Assembly (NCBI GenBank): GCA_963762255.1
Contig: CAVXKA010000001.1
Coordinates: 1,659,984 to 1,723,983, forward strand
Direction of reading: 5' to 3'
Source of the DNA: Candidatus Eiseniibacteriota bacterium
GTDB lineage: Bacteria; Eisenbacteria; RBG-16-71-46; JABDJR01
Length of the DNA stretch: 64,000 bases
The notes beneath the pieces were generated by a model, which had not been told where the DNA came from, ran no database searches, and worked only from the letters and a program-made list of their open reading frames with translations. Both the position numbers and the translations under genes were made by a program. Below are positions 9,729 to 18,864 of this stretch, piece by piece (position 1 is the first letter of the stretch; the number at the start of each line of letters is the position of its first letter).

Positions 9729-10938
9729 CTACGTCGGCCTCGACATCGGCACCACCAAGGTAGCCGTGGTCGTGGCGGAGCCGGACGAGCGCGGAGCGCT
9801 CAAGGTCGTGGGGGTGGGGTACGCCCCCTCGAACGGCATCCGCCGCGGCGTGGTGGTGGACATGGAGAACACCGTCCAGTCGATTCGCATCGCGGTCGCC
9901 GAGGCCGAGCGCATGGCGGGCATCCCGGTGCGGACCGTGGTGACCGGGATCGCCGGCGAACACGTGCGCTCCATCAACAGCCGGGGCGTGATCGCGGTGA
10001 GCCGGGGGGGGAGCGAGATCGGCGCCGACGACGTCGCCCGGGTGGTCGAGGCGGCTCGCGCGGTGGCGATCCCCGGGGATCGCGAAGTCCTCCACGTCAT
10101 TCCCCAGGAATACGTGGTGGACGATCAGGCCGGCATCCGCAACCCGATCGGCATGAGCGGGGTGCGCCTCGAGGCGGAGGTGCACATCGTGACCGGGGCC
10201 GCCACCAGTGCCCGGAACGTGGAAAAGGCCGTCCAGAGGGCCGGATTGCGCACCGGCCCCCTCGTCCTCGAGCCCCTGGCGTCGGCCTACGCCGTGCTCG
10301 CGCCGGACGAGAAGGAGCTGGGGTGCCTGCTCATCGACCTCGGAGGGGGGACCAGCGATATGGCCCTCTTCTACGACGGAGCGGTTCGGCACACCGCGGT
10401 GATCGGGCTCGGCGGGAACAACGTCACCCACGACCTCGCCATCGGGCTGCGCACTCCCACCGAGTCGGCGGAGGAACTCAAGATCCGCCACGGGTGCGCG
10501 ACCGCCGCGCGGCTCTCGCCGGAGGAGACGGTCGAGGTGCCGGGGGTCGGAGGGCGTGAGCCCCGACCCATCGCACGACAACTTTTAGCCTCGATGATCG
10601 AGCCACGTATGGAAGAGATCTTCACGATGGTTTATCGTGAGGCGAAGAAGAGCATCTTCACGGACCTGCTCGCCGGCGGCGTCGTTCTCACCGGAGGCGG
10701 CGCGTCGATGAACGGGGTCGAGGAGTTGGCGGAGCGCATCTTCGAGATGCCGGTTCGGCGCGGCGTGCCGCGCGGGATCACCGGTGCTCGCGAAGCGGTG
10801 GAGGATCCGCGCTACGCCACGGCGGTTGGGTTGCTGCTCTACGCGCGCGAGAAGGAAGGGGGCGAGGCGTTCGAGGAGTCTCGTCTTCTGCAGCGGATCT
10901 CGGCGCCGGTGCGGCGATGGCTCGGCGAGTTCTTCTAG
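9721..10938 (+). CDS. ftsA: cell division protein FtsA
   Basis: VGLDIGTTKV, PIGMSGVRLE, IDLGGGTSD, GVVLTGGGA, PRYATAVGLL, C-terminal amphipathic RRWLGEFF. Confidence 0.97.
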   Translation: MRSYVGLDIGTTKVAVVVAEPDERGALKVVGVGYAPSNGIRRGVVVDMENTVQSIRIAVAEAERMAGIPVRTVVTGIAGEHVRSINSRGVIAVSRGGSEIGADDVARVVEAARAVAIPGDREVLHVIPQEYVVDDQAGIRNPIGMSGVRLEAEVHIVTGAATSARNVEKAVQRAGLRTGPLVLEPLASAYAVLAPDEKELGCLLIDLGGGTSDMALFYDGAVRHTAVIGLGGNNVTHDLAIGLRTPTESAEELKIRHGCATAARLSPEETVEVPGVGGREPRPIARQLLASMIEPRMEEIFTMVYREAKKSIFTDLLAGGVVLTGGGASMNGVEELAERIFEMPVRRGVPRGITGAREAVEDPRYATAVGLLLYAREKEGGEAFEESRLLQRISAPVRRWLGEFF

Positions 10939-11032
10939 AGGGAGGCAGGTGATGGCCTCCGCGGGCCGGTGATGGCCCCTGGTGAGCTCTTGGCAGAACG
11001 GATTGCGAAGGAACAGCGGGAAGGAGGGTCCC

Positions 11033-12199
11033 ATGATGTTGGAATTGGTTGAGCCCAAGACGCACGCGGTGCTGAAGGTGATCGGCGTCGGGGGTGCGGG
11101 TGGCAACGCGGTGAACGGCATGGTGCAGGGCGGGCTCATGGGCGTCGAGTTCGTGGCCATGAACTCGGACGCGCAAGTGCTCGATCAGAGCCTCGCCGGA
11201 CGCAAGGTCCATCTCGGCAACGGCCTCACCGAAGGCCTCGGCTGCGGGGGCAAGCCCGAGGTCGGCCGCCAGGCCGCCCAGGAATCGATCGAGGACGTTC
11301 GTGACGCGGTGCGCGGCGCGGACATGGTCTTCATCACCGCGGGGATGGGCGGCGGCACCGGCACCGGCGCGTCGCCGACGGTGGCCCGCGTGGCCCGCGA
11401 AGAGGGCGCGCTCACGGTGGCGGTCGTCACCAAGCCCTTCATCTTCGAAGGGCGCCAGCGCATGCGGCAAGCGGACGAGGGACTCGCCGCGCTGCGCGAC
11501 GAAGTGGACACGCTGATCGTCATCCCCAACCAGCGGCTTCTCACCGTGACCGACAAGATGACCTCGCTGGTGGATGCGTTCCGCAAGGCCGACGAGGTGC
11601 TCTTCCACGCGACCCGCGGCATCAGCGATCTGATCACCGTTCCCGGTCTCATCAACCTCGACTTCGCCGACGTGCGCTCGGTCATGAGCGCCCGCGGCAA
11701 CGCGCTCATGGGAACCGGCTTCGCTACGGGCGAGACCAGCGCGGAGGACGCGGCCCGCATGGCGATCTCGAGCCCGCTGCTCGAGGACGTGAGCATCGCC
11801 GGCGCGGAAGCGGTGTTGGTCAACATCTGCGGCGGCGAGGGCCTCGGTATCCACACCGTGAGCGAGGCGATGAACATCATCAACGAAGCGGTCGGCGGCG
11901 ACGCCAACGTGATCTTCGGCGCGGTCATCGACCCGGAGCTGGTGGACTCGGTGCGTATCACCGTGATCGCCACCGGATTCGGCATGCCGCCTCTGGAAGA
12001 GAAGGTCACCGAGACCGTGCGCCAGTCCGCCCGCCGGTCCTACGGCGCCGAGTTCCTTCCCGGCCGTACGGCCACGGAAGGACCGATGGCGGAGAAGCGC
12101 CTGGCCGCCGCCTCGCCGGTCAACCGCGAGCGGTGGGAGCGCGTGCAGGGTCACGGAGGTCTCGACGTGCCGGCCTTCATTCGCAAGCAGATCGACTGA
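11033..12199 (+). CDS. ftsZ: cell division protein FtsZ
   Basis: KVIGVGGAGGNAV, AGMGGGTGTG, INLDFADV, C-terminal LDVPAFIRKQ; RBS AAGGAGG at 11021. Confidence 0.98.
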   Translation: MMLELVEPKTHAVLKVIGVGGAGGNAVNGMVQGGLMGVEFVAMNSDAQVLDQSLAGRKVHLGNGLTEGLGCGGKPEVGRQAAQESIEDVRDAVRGADMVFITAGMGGGTGTGASPTVARVAREEGALTVAVVTKPFIFEGRQRMRQADEGLAALRDEVDTLIVIPNQRLLTVTDKMTSLVDAFRKADEVLFHATRGISDLITVPGLINLDFADVRSVMSARGNALMGTGFATGETSAEDAARMAISSPLLEDVSIAGAEAVLVNICGGEGLGIHTVSEAMNIINEAVGGDANVIFGAVIDPELVDSVRITVIATGFGMPPLEEKVTETVRQSARRSYGAEFLPGRTATEGPMAEKRLAAASPVNRERWERVQGHGGLDVPAFIRKQID

Positions 12200-12232
12200 C
12201 AGGCCGCGGAACGGCGAGAGGGGGGGCGAAGC

Positions 12233-13879
12233 GTGTCGTTCCTGAGCCGATTTTTCGGCCGGTGGGGCAATCCCCACTATGCCCGGGGGATCATGCACTT
12301 CAACCGCCGCGAGTACGCGGCGGCGGTTGCCGAGTTCGAACACCTGCTCGAAGAGGTGCGGGATCCCTCGAATCCCGACGTCGAGTTGGCGCGCTTCTAT
12401 GCCGCCGAGGCCCATGGCCATCTGGGCCTTGCCCTCTATCGCCAGCATGAGCTGGCGCGGGCCCAGCAGGAATTCGAGCGCGCGGCGGCGGTGGAAGGGA
12501 ATTACCCCGACCTGCACTACTACATCGGCGTGATGGAGGAGCGGCAGGGGCATCCGGAACGGGCCTTGCCCCATTTCGACCGGGCGCTGGAACTCAAGCC
12601 GGACTATCCCGAAGCGTTGGCCTATCGCGCCATCGCGCACGACAGCCTCGGTCACACAGAGGCGCGGACGGAGGATCTCGCGCAGCTCGCCGCGCTCCAG
12701 TTCGAGGTCCCGCCCTCGGTGCGCCCCCTCGGACGCGAGCCCCTTCCCGCTCACGCCATCGAGGAGCTGCGGGCCGTGGTGGAGACCAAGGAAAGGGACA
12801 ACCGCCACCTGGCTCACGCGATCGAGGCCTACGACCGGGGAAACCGCGAGGAAGCGCTGTCGGCGCTGGCGCAGGCCATCGAGGAGAAGCCCCGATACGC
12901 CGACCTGCGCTGCCGCTACGGGCAGGTGCTGTCGGAAGTGGGGCGTCACGAGGAGGCCCTCGCCTCGTTCGATGCCGCGCTGGCCATCAACGCGGACTAC
13001 CTGGAGGCGCTCCTGGCGCGCGGCATCTCGCTCCTGGTCCTCGACCGCCCCTCGGAGGCTCTCATCCCGCTTCACCGCGCCGCAGGTCTCAAACCCTCCT
13101 ACGCCGATCTGGCCTACTACGAGGGCGTGGCGGCGCTTCGGGCCGGCCGCCCCCGCGAGGCGCTGGAGCCGCTCGCGCGCGCGCTGGCGGTCAACTCGAA
13201 CTTCGGACGCGCCCGTTTCACGATGGGGCAAGCGCGGCTGGCGCTGGGCGACCGCACCGCAGGGCTCGCCGATCTGCGCGCGGGTCTCGACGCCGACAAG
13301 CGCCTGGTGCCCCAGCATGCCTTTGCGGGCGGCGCGCACCTGGATCGAGGCGAGCACGCCACCGCTGCCGACTACCTGGCGGGCGCGGTGCGCAACCATC
13401 CGGACTACCCCGATCTGCGCGTGCAGTTGGGTCTGGCCTATCTGGGCCTCGGTCGTTTCGACGAGGCACTCGGAGAGTTCCGCGAGGCGATCCGGCTCAA
13501 GCCCGACTACGCGACGGCCCATGTTTCGCTGGGGCGCGCGGAGGTCCGGGCGGGCCGCCCGCACGAAGCGATCGCCCCCTTGCGCCGCGCGCTCGAGATC
13601 GAACCGCGTCTGGCCGATGTGCACGAACTACTCGGCGAGGCGCTCCTGGAGATCGGGGAGATCCTCGATGCGGAACGCGAATTCCACGAGGCGCTCCGGC
13701 TTCACGAGATGTACGTGGACGCCAAGGTGGGACTCGCCGTCCTCTGCCGTCGGACCGGCCGGGACGACGAGGCGCGCCGGCTCGCGGCCGAAATACTCGT
13801 GCTCGCGCCGGGGCATCCGGCAGCGTTGAGCCTGACGATGAATGGATGGCGCTTGGCTGGGAACGGTGCGGAGGATTAA
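12233..13879 (+). CDS. tetratricopeptide repeat protein
   Basis: Many TPR units (PDYPEALAYRA, YPDLRVQLGLAYLGLGRFDEAL, PDYATAHVSLG); co-directional 33 bp after ftsZ. Confidence 0.85.
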   Translation: MSFLSRFFGRWGNPHYARGIMHFNRREYAAAVAEFEHLLEEVRDPSNPDVELARFYAAEAHGHLGLALYRQHELARAQQEFERAAAVEGNYPDLHYYIGVMEERQGHPERALPHFDRALELKPDYPEALAYRAIAHDSLGHTEARTEDLAQLAALQFEVPPSVRPLGREPLPAHAIEELRAVVETKERDNRHLAHAIEAYDRGNREEALSALAQAIEEKPRYADLRCRYGQVLSEVGRHEEALASFDAALAINADYLEALLARGISLLVLDRPSEALIPLHRAAGLKPSYADLAYYEGVAALRAGRPREALEPLARALAVNSNFGRARFTMGQARLALGDRTAGLADLRAGLDADKRLVPQHAFAGGAHLDRGEHATAADYLAGAVRNHPDYPDLRVQLGLAYLGLGRFDEALGEFREAIRLKPDYATAHVSLGRAEVRAGRPHEAIAPLRRALEIEPRLADVHELLGEALLEIGEILDAEREFHEALRLHEMYVDAKVGLAVLCRRTGRDDEARRLAAEILVLAPGHPAALSLTMNGWRLAGNGAED

Positions 13880-13922
13880 TAGGCGGGGTGGAGACGACGA
13901 GCGGCGCGTCGGCCGCGCTCGA

Positions 13923-14147
13923 TCAAGACGCCGAAGCCGGTCCCGTCTTAGGAGCGCGGACGTTCTTCACGACCTTGCCCGAGCGCAAGCAGCGCGTACA
14001 GACCCGAAGCTTCTTGGGTACCCCGGCCACGAGCGCGCGCACGTTCTGAAGGTTGGGTTCCCACCGACGGCGGGTGAGGTTGTGCGCGTGGCTGATGTTA
14101 TTGCCGAATACGGGGCCCTTGCCGCAGATGTCACATTCCTTACCCAC
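13923..14147 (-). CDS. rpmB: 50S ribosomal protein L28 (Zn-binding form)
   Basis: CDICGKGPVFGNNISHAHNLTRRRWEPNLQ...VCTRCLRS. Confidence 0.96.
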   Translation of the reverse strand: MGKECDICGKGPVFGNNISHAHNLTRRRWEPNLQNVRALVAGVPKKLRVCTRCLRSGKVVKNVRAPKTGPASAS

Positions 14148-14276
14148 GAGGCATCTCCTTGTCAGGCCGGGGCCACCGACGGACCCGGCTCAAAGCCGGA
14201 AGAGGCTAGCACACGCGCCGCCCCCGCTCAAGACCGCATTGTCCCGGACGGCCCCTCGGCCTAGAATGGCCCTTCC

Positions 14277-16433
14277 ATGCGAGCTATGACCCCAGAGGCC
14301 AGCGTACAGGCGCTTCCCGGCGTGGGAAAGCGGGTGGCGGAGGCCCTGGAGCGGCTTGGCGTGGCCACGCTCCAGGATCTCCTCGGGCACTACCCGGCCC
14401 GATGGGTGGACCGCAGGGAGATTCGCCCGATTCACAGCCTCACCGCCGCGGAGTTGCAGGCGACGGAGGAGGGGGAGGACGGCCGGTCGCGCCGGAGCGT
14501 CTTCACCGTCCTCGGCACGGTGGTGGGGTCACGAGTCGCGGGGCCGCCTGCCGGGCGGCGCTGGCGTGCCTCCGCGTCCCAGCGACTCGAAGTGCGCATC
14601 GCCGACCCGACCGGGTCGGCCACGCTGGTCTTCTTCGGCGGCGCGTGGCGGCGGCAGCACTTCGCCGAGGGGGCCAAGATCCTGGCCTCGGGGGCGCTGA
14701 GCGCTTATCGCGGCGCGCTTCAATTCCAGAGCCCCGAATACGAAATCCTCGACGAAGAGGAAGAAGCGCAGATCCATACCGGCCGGCTCTTCCCCGTTTA
14801 CCCCGCCACCAAAGGAGTCACGCAGCGGCAGCTTCGGCATTGGGTGCGGCTTGCCCTCGACACCTGCGTGCCCGGACTCGAGGACACCCTGCCCGCGTCG
14901 CTGCGCGCCCGCTTCAAGCTGGCGCCTCTGGCGGGCGCGCTTGAAGACATCCACTTTCCCGCCTCACCCGAGGCGCGAGCCTCGGCCCGTCGGCGCCTTG
15001 CCTTCGAGGAGATCTTTCTCGACCAGCTCTTTGTCTATGCGGTGCGGCTGCGCCGGGAGCGGGGACGGCGGGCGGACATCGTGCCGGGCGGCGGCCCGAT
15101 CTTTCGTCGCATCCGGGCCGCGCTGCCGTTCCGCCTCACCCCGGATCAGGAGGAAGCCCTGACCGAGATCCTCGACGATCTGCGATCGGGGCGGCCCATG
15201 AACCGGCTGTTGCAGGGGGACGTCGGATCCGGCAAGACGGTGGTCGCGCTCCTGGCGGCCGCTGCCGCAGCGGACGCCGGCGTGCAGACGGCGTTCATGG
15301 TTCCGACCGAGATTCTGGCCGAGCAGCACCTGCGCACCCTGCGCGACCTGGGCGGCTCGTTCGGGCTGGAGCCGCGGATCCTCACCGGAAGCCTCGGTGC
15401 GGGAACCCGCCGAGAAGTGCTGCGGGTCCTCGCCGACGGCACCGCCCCGCTCGTGGTGGGCACGCATGCGCTCTTCCAGGAGGAAGTGCGGTTTCGCGAC
15501 CTTGGGCTCGTGGTGGTGGACGAGCAGCACCGCTTCGGCGTGCTCCAGCGAGTGGCGCTCCTCGAGAAGGGGCGCGCCCCCCACGTGCTGGTCATGTCCG
15601 CGACCCCCATCCCCCGAAGCCTTGCCCTCGTGCGCTACGCGGACTTGGATGTCTCGCTCATCCGCCACCGGCCGGCGGGTCGGGGGCGGGTCGTCACCCG
15701 GGTGACTCCGGAGCACAAGCGCGAGGCGGTCTACGAATTTCTCGCAGAACGTTTGAGAGAAGGGCGGCAGGCCTTTATCATCTACCCGTTGGTGGAGGAG
15801 TCCGAGAAATCGGATCTGAAGGCCGCCACCACCATGGCAAAGCGGCTCGCCGCGCGGCCCGAGTTCAAGGACTTCGCGGTGGCTCTGCTTCACGGGCAAA
15901 TGAAGCCCGAGGAGAAAGACGGTGTCATGGCGCGGTTCGTGGCGGGAGAAGTGCGGGTGCTGGTGGCGACGACGGTGGTCGAGGTGGGGATCGACGTTCC
16001 GAACGCATCGTTCCTCATCATCGAGCACCCGGAGCGCTACGGGCTGAGCCAGCTCCACCAACTGCGCGGTCGTGTCGGACGGGGCAAGCACGCGTCCTAC
16101 TGCGTGCTGATCCGCGGCGACGCGGTCGACGACGAGGCGGCGGCGCGTCTCGATCGGTTCGCGCACATCGACGACGGCTTCGAGCTGGCCGAGCTCGATC
16201 TGTCCCTGCGTGGGCAGGGCGATGTGGCGGGCACGCGGCAGAGCGGCCGGCCGGGCTACAAGCTGGCCGATCCGTGGCGCGACGCCCGCATGGTCGCCGT
16301 GGCGCGGGATGAGGCGAGGAAGGCGCTCGACGAGGGTGCCTTCGAGGGGGCGCAGGGGTCGGAATGGGAGCCTCTCCGCCGCCGTCTGAAGGAGATGCTT
16401 AAAACCGCCGGTGTCCGGGTCGACGCCGGCTGA
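14277..16433 (+). CDS. recG: ATP-dependent DNA helicase RecG
   Basis: PMNRLLQGDVGSGKT, VDEQHRFG, MSATPIPRSL, GLSQLHQLRGRVGRG, DGFELAELDL, GTRQSG. Confidence 0.97.
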   Translation: MRAMTPEASVQALPGVGKRVAEALERLGVATLQDLLGHYPARWVDRREIRPIHSLTAAELQATEEGEDGRSRRSVFTVLGTVVGSRVAGPPAGRRWRASASQRLEVRIADPTGSATLVFFGGAWRRQHFAEGAKILASGALSAYRGALQFQSPEYEILDEEEEAQIHTGRLFPVYPATKGVTQRQLRHWVRLALDTCVPGLEDTLPASLRARFKLAPLAGALEDIHFPASPEARASARRRLAFEEIFLDQLFVYAVRLRRERGRRADIVPGGGPIFRRIRAALPFRLTPDQEEALTEILDDLRSGRPMNRLLQGDVGSGKTVVALLAAAAAADAGVQTAFMVPTEILAEQHLRTLRDLGGSFGLEPRILTGSLGAGTRREVLRVLADGTAPLVVGTHALFQEEVRFRDLGLVVVDEQHRFGVLQRVALLEKGRAPHVLVMSATPIPRSLALVRYADLDVSLIRHRPAGRGRVVTRVTPEHKREAVYEFLAERLREGRQAFIIYPLVEESEKSDLKAATTMAKRLAARPEFKDFAVALLHGQMKPEEKDGVMARFVAGEVRVLVATTVVEVGIDVPNASFLIIEHPERYGLSQLHQLRGRVGRGKHASYCVLIRGDAVDDEAAARLDRFAHIDDGFELAELDLSLRGQGDVAGTRQSGRPGYKLADPWRDARMVAVARDEARKALDEGAFEGAQGSEWEPLRRRLKEMLKTAGVRVDAG

Positions 16434-16444
16434 GCGGGGGTTCC

Positions 16445-16954
16445 ATGATCGTTCGGTGTCCCGATTGCCGATCGAAGTACGAGATCGCCGCCGACAAGAT
16501 CCCGGTGGGGGTCTTCAAGCTGCGCTGCCCTCGATGCAAGGCGGTCTTCCCGGTGAACACGCAGCTCGATGCGGAGACGGTCGCGGCCGAGGCGGCCGCT
16601 CCTGTCGCGCCCGCGACTCCCCAAGCGGTGCGCGAGGTGCGCCTGCCGGAGCCGGCGGCGGCTTCCTCGCCGGTGAGCGCGCCGGTGAGCGCGCCGATCG
16701 ACCGGCCTCGCATCAGCGACCCGGCGCTGGCTCGGCGCATGGCGCGGGCCATGATCTCGGAGATGGTCCTCAATCGCCGCAGCGAACGCGACGACGCGCT
16801 GGTGAGCGAAACCGTGCTGAGTCGCTTCGGACCGGCGATCGTCGCCGCCTTCGAGCTCTACCGCGGAAAGGTCTCGCCCGATCTCCACTCCGCCCCCGCG
16901 TTCTTCCGGGACGCCGTCAACGAGATCCTCGGGGGAGGGGCTGCCGTCCTGTAG
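16445..16954 (+). CDS. zinc-ribbon (MJ0042-type finger) protein with C-terminal RomX-like domain
   Basis: N-terminal CPDC...CPRC finger, Pro/Ala linker; C-terminal ARAMISEMVL...ELYRGKVS...FFRDAVNEIL resembles Myxococcus RomX as recalled from memory. Confidence 0.7.
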   Translation: MIVRCPDCRSKYEIAADKIPVGVFKLRCPRCKAVFPVNTQLDAETVAAEAAAPVAPATPQAVREVRLPEPAAASSPVSAPVSAPIDRPRISDPALARRMARAMISEMVLNRRSERDDALVSETVLSRFGPAIVAAFELYRGKVSPDLHSAPAFFRDAVNEILGGGAAVL

Positions 16955-17855
16955 ACGGGAGCCCCCACACGCAGCCCACATCCCTGGCGCCGACCCGGCC
17001 ACAGCCGCCGGAGCCGGCCGGGGCACAAAGGGATATGTCGAACAGGGTGTAGACCCCACGCGCCGCGTCGCAGAACTGCGGATCCACGTTGAAGTCCCCT
17101 TCCGGCGCCGCGCAACCCGTGTAGGGCCCGTTGACGCTCTCGAAGACGTCGTTACAGCCGCTCCCTTCGAGAAGCAACGCGTTCCCAACGCAGGCGATCC
17201 CGAAGTTGGCGGAGCCGGCGACGATGTTGGCGGTCAAGAGCGCGTCCGAGTCTTCGGTCAACCGGACCCCGCAATCCCCCGCTCGGAGAATCGTGTTCTG
17301 CCGGGCAATGAGATGAGTGCCGCCGGCGACGTCGACGCCGAATGAAGCTGCATCCTCCAACAGGTTCCCTTCCACCCGTACGGTGGGACTCGACCCGTCG
17401 GCATGGACTTGCACCGTCCCTCCGGTGAAGAGGCAACCCTTGATCAAGATCTCGCCGTCGCCGGTCACGTCGATGGTGGGCGCGCCGCCCGCGAACGCCA
17501 CGGCTTCGATCGTGGTGCCCGCCTTGGGGTTGTCGAAGCGCAGGAAGGTGAAGCTGTCGGTGCCGGTCACGAGAGGAAGGCTCTTGTCGCCGCGGATGAC
17601 CAGCGGTGTCTGATCGGAGCGAAAGGACACGGTCTGGGTCAGCGCGGGAAGCGGATAGAAGGCGCGCACGAGAAGCGTATCTCCGGCTACGGCCTCGCGG
17701 CCGGCCTCCTCGAGATCCATCTCGTCGGGCACGAGGATCGTGCGAGGCTCCCGGGTGACAGGAGGCTTCGTCTCCTCGTCGCCACAGGCCGAGACGAGGC
17801 AGAGGAGAACGAGCCCCAGTGCGCGGAGTCCGGCGGCTTGGCTGGTCGTCTTCAT
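16917..17855 (-). CDS. lipoprotein with right-handed parallel beta-helix repeats
   Basis: Signal peptide with lipobox LVSA-C; beta-helix-like repeats (GNLL, QNTI, ANIV); Cys-rich C-terminal DPQFCD...GARDVGC. Confidence 0.7.
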   Translation of the reverse strand: MKTTSQAAGLRALGLVLLCLVSACGDEETKPPVTREPRTILVPDEMDLEEAGREAVAGDTLLVRAFYPLPALTQTVSFRSDQTPLVIRGDKSLPLVTGTDSFTFLRFDNPKAGTTIEAVAFAGGAPTIDVTGDGEILIKGCLFTGGTVQVHADGSSPTVRVEGNLLEDAASFGVDVAGGTHLIARQNTILRAGDCGVRLTEDSDALLTANIVAGSANFGIACVGNALLLEGSGCNDVFESVNGPYTGCAAPEGDFNVDPQFCDAARGVYTLFDISLCAPAGSGGCGRVGARDVGCVWGLPSTGRQPLPRGSR

Positions 17856-18047
17856 GGGTGTCCCTCGAAAGCCCTGGCACGGTCTGGACTGGATTCTAGT
17901 CAGGTGGACCCATGAGGAACAAGCGAGCATTCCGGGGGAAAAGCAACGGCGGAACAGCTTGTTCAGCCGTCCCGCCGTCGAGTCCAGGCGTCGGGGGGAT
18001 TAAACCGCGATGCCTCCTCGGGAGATGCAGGCCCCTCGGGGGGCACC

Positions 18048-18665
18048 TCAGTTCTTGGAGCTTCCGGCCAGGAGCGAACGGACCTCCGGGGCCACCATCT
18101 CCGATTTCGTGACCAGCAGGATCCGCAACTCGTCTGCCCCCACGTTTCGGATGATCTGGTCCTTCTGTGCCTTCACGAAGATGGAGTCGCCGGGGTCCAC
18201 CACGTAGCTGTCCCCCTCCATCTGGATCTCGCACTTGCCGCGCAGCACGTACAGAAAATACTCGTCGGGCACGCTCGGCCGCGGGTTCAGGCGCAACTCG
18301 CCCGATTCCAGCTCGAGAAACATCACGTTGAACGCGCCGGCGCTGGAGCGCGCGCAGAGCACTTCGATGCTCGCGTTCTCGCGGTTCCCGGCGACCTTGC
18401 GCCCCTTGCCCTTGCGGACCAACTCGACTTCCCTTTGACGCTCGTCCTCGAAGAACTCCGTCATCGGCACGTTCAAGGCCTGGGCGATGCGATGCAGCGT
18501 GGCAAGCGACGGGGAGGAGACCCCGCGCTCGATCGTGGAGATCTGGCCGTTCGTGATCCCCACCTGCTGCGCCAGCTCCAATTGGGTGAGGTTCTGCTCC
18601 TTGCGGAGCTTCCTGAGCTTTTGACCCAGGTACAGCATGTGAACCATCGCGTCGTTCGTGTACAT
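18048..18665 (-). CDS. XRE-family HTH transcriptional regulator with cupin domain
   Basis: LGQKLRKLRKEQNLTQLELAQQVGITNGQISTIERGVSSPSLATL plus C-terminal cupin (EYFLYVLRG...PGDSIF); RBS GAGGGG. Confidence 0.88.
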   Translation of the reverse strand: MYTNDAMVHMLYLGQKLRKLRKEQNLTQLELAQQVGITNGQISTIERGVSSPSLATLHRIAQALNVPMTEFFEDERQREVELVRKGKGRKVAGNRENASIEVLCARSSAGAFNVMFLELESGELRLNPRPSVPDEYFLYVLRGKCEIQMEGDSYVVDPGDSIFVKAQKDQIIRNVGADELRILLVTKSEMVAPEVRSLLAGSSKN

Positions 18666-18738
18666 CGGACCCCCTCGTTTCGTCCAGGTTGGAACCAGGT
18701 TCCAGATCCCTGGTCGCGGGTTTGATGCTCCCCCTATG

Positions 18739-18754
18739 ATCACGTTTCGTGCCA
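18739..18754 (-). promoter_or_regulatory. putative sigma54 (-24/-12) promoter of the XRE-cupin gene
   Basis: Minus strand TGGCACGAAACGTGAT: consensus -24 box, -12 reads GA rather than GC; ~75 nt upstream of the ATG. Confidence 0.5.
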
Positions 18755-18864
18755 AGTCGCCGGAATTGGCAGTCATTCTTCAAGGGATTGGATTACAAGA
18801 GGTTGCAAGGGCCGGAATCATGCCGGTCTTTAGCCGGGAGCGGATCAGACGTGAAACGACGGGA

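Noticed and set aside
10991-11007. TGGCAGAACGGATTGCG as a sigma54 promoter for ftsZ
   Set aside because: GG-to-GC spacing is 11 nt rather than the required 10
15693-15706. CACCCGGGTG-containing palindromes inside recG and at 63191-63204
   Set aside because: Explained by (V/I)-T-R-V codons in coding sequence; shorter than the intergenic copies
16917-16954. 38-nt 3' overlap of the convergent zinc-ribbon and beta-helix genes
   Set aside because: Short tail-to-tail overlaps are common in GC-rich genomes
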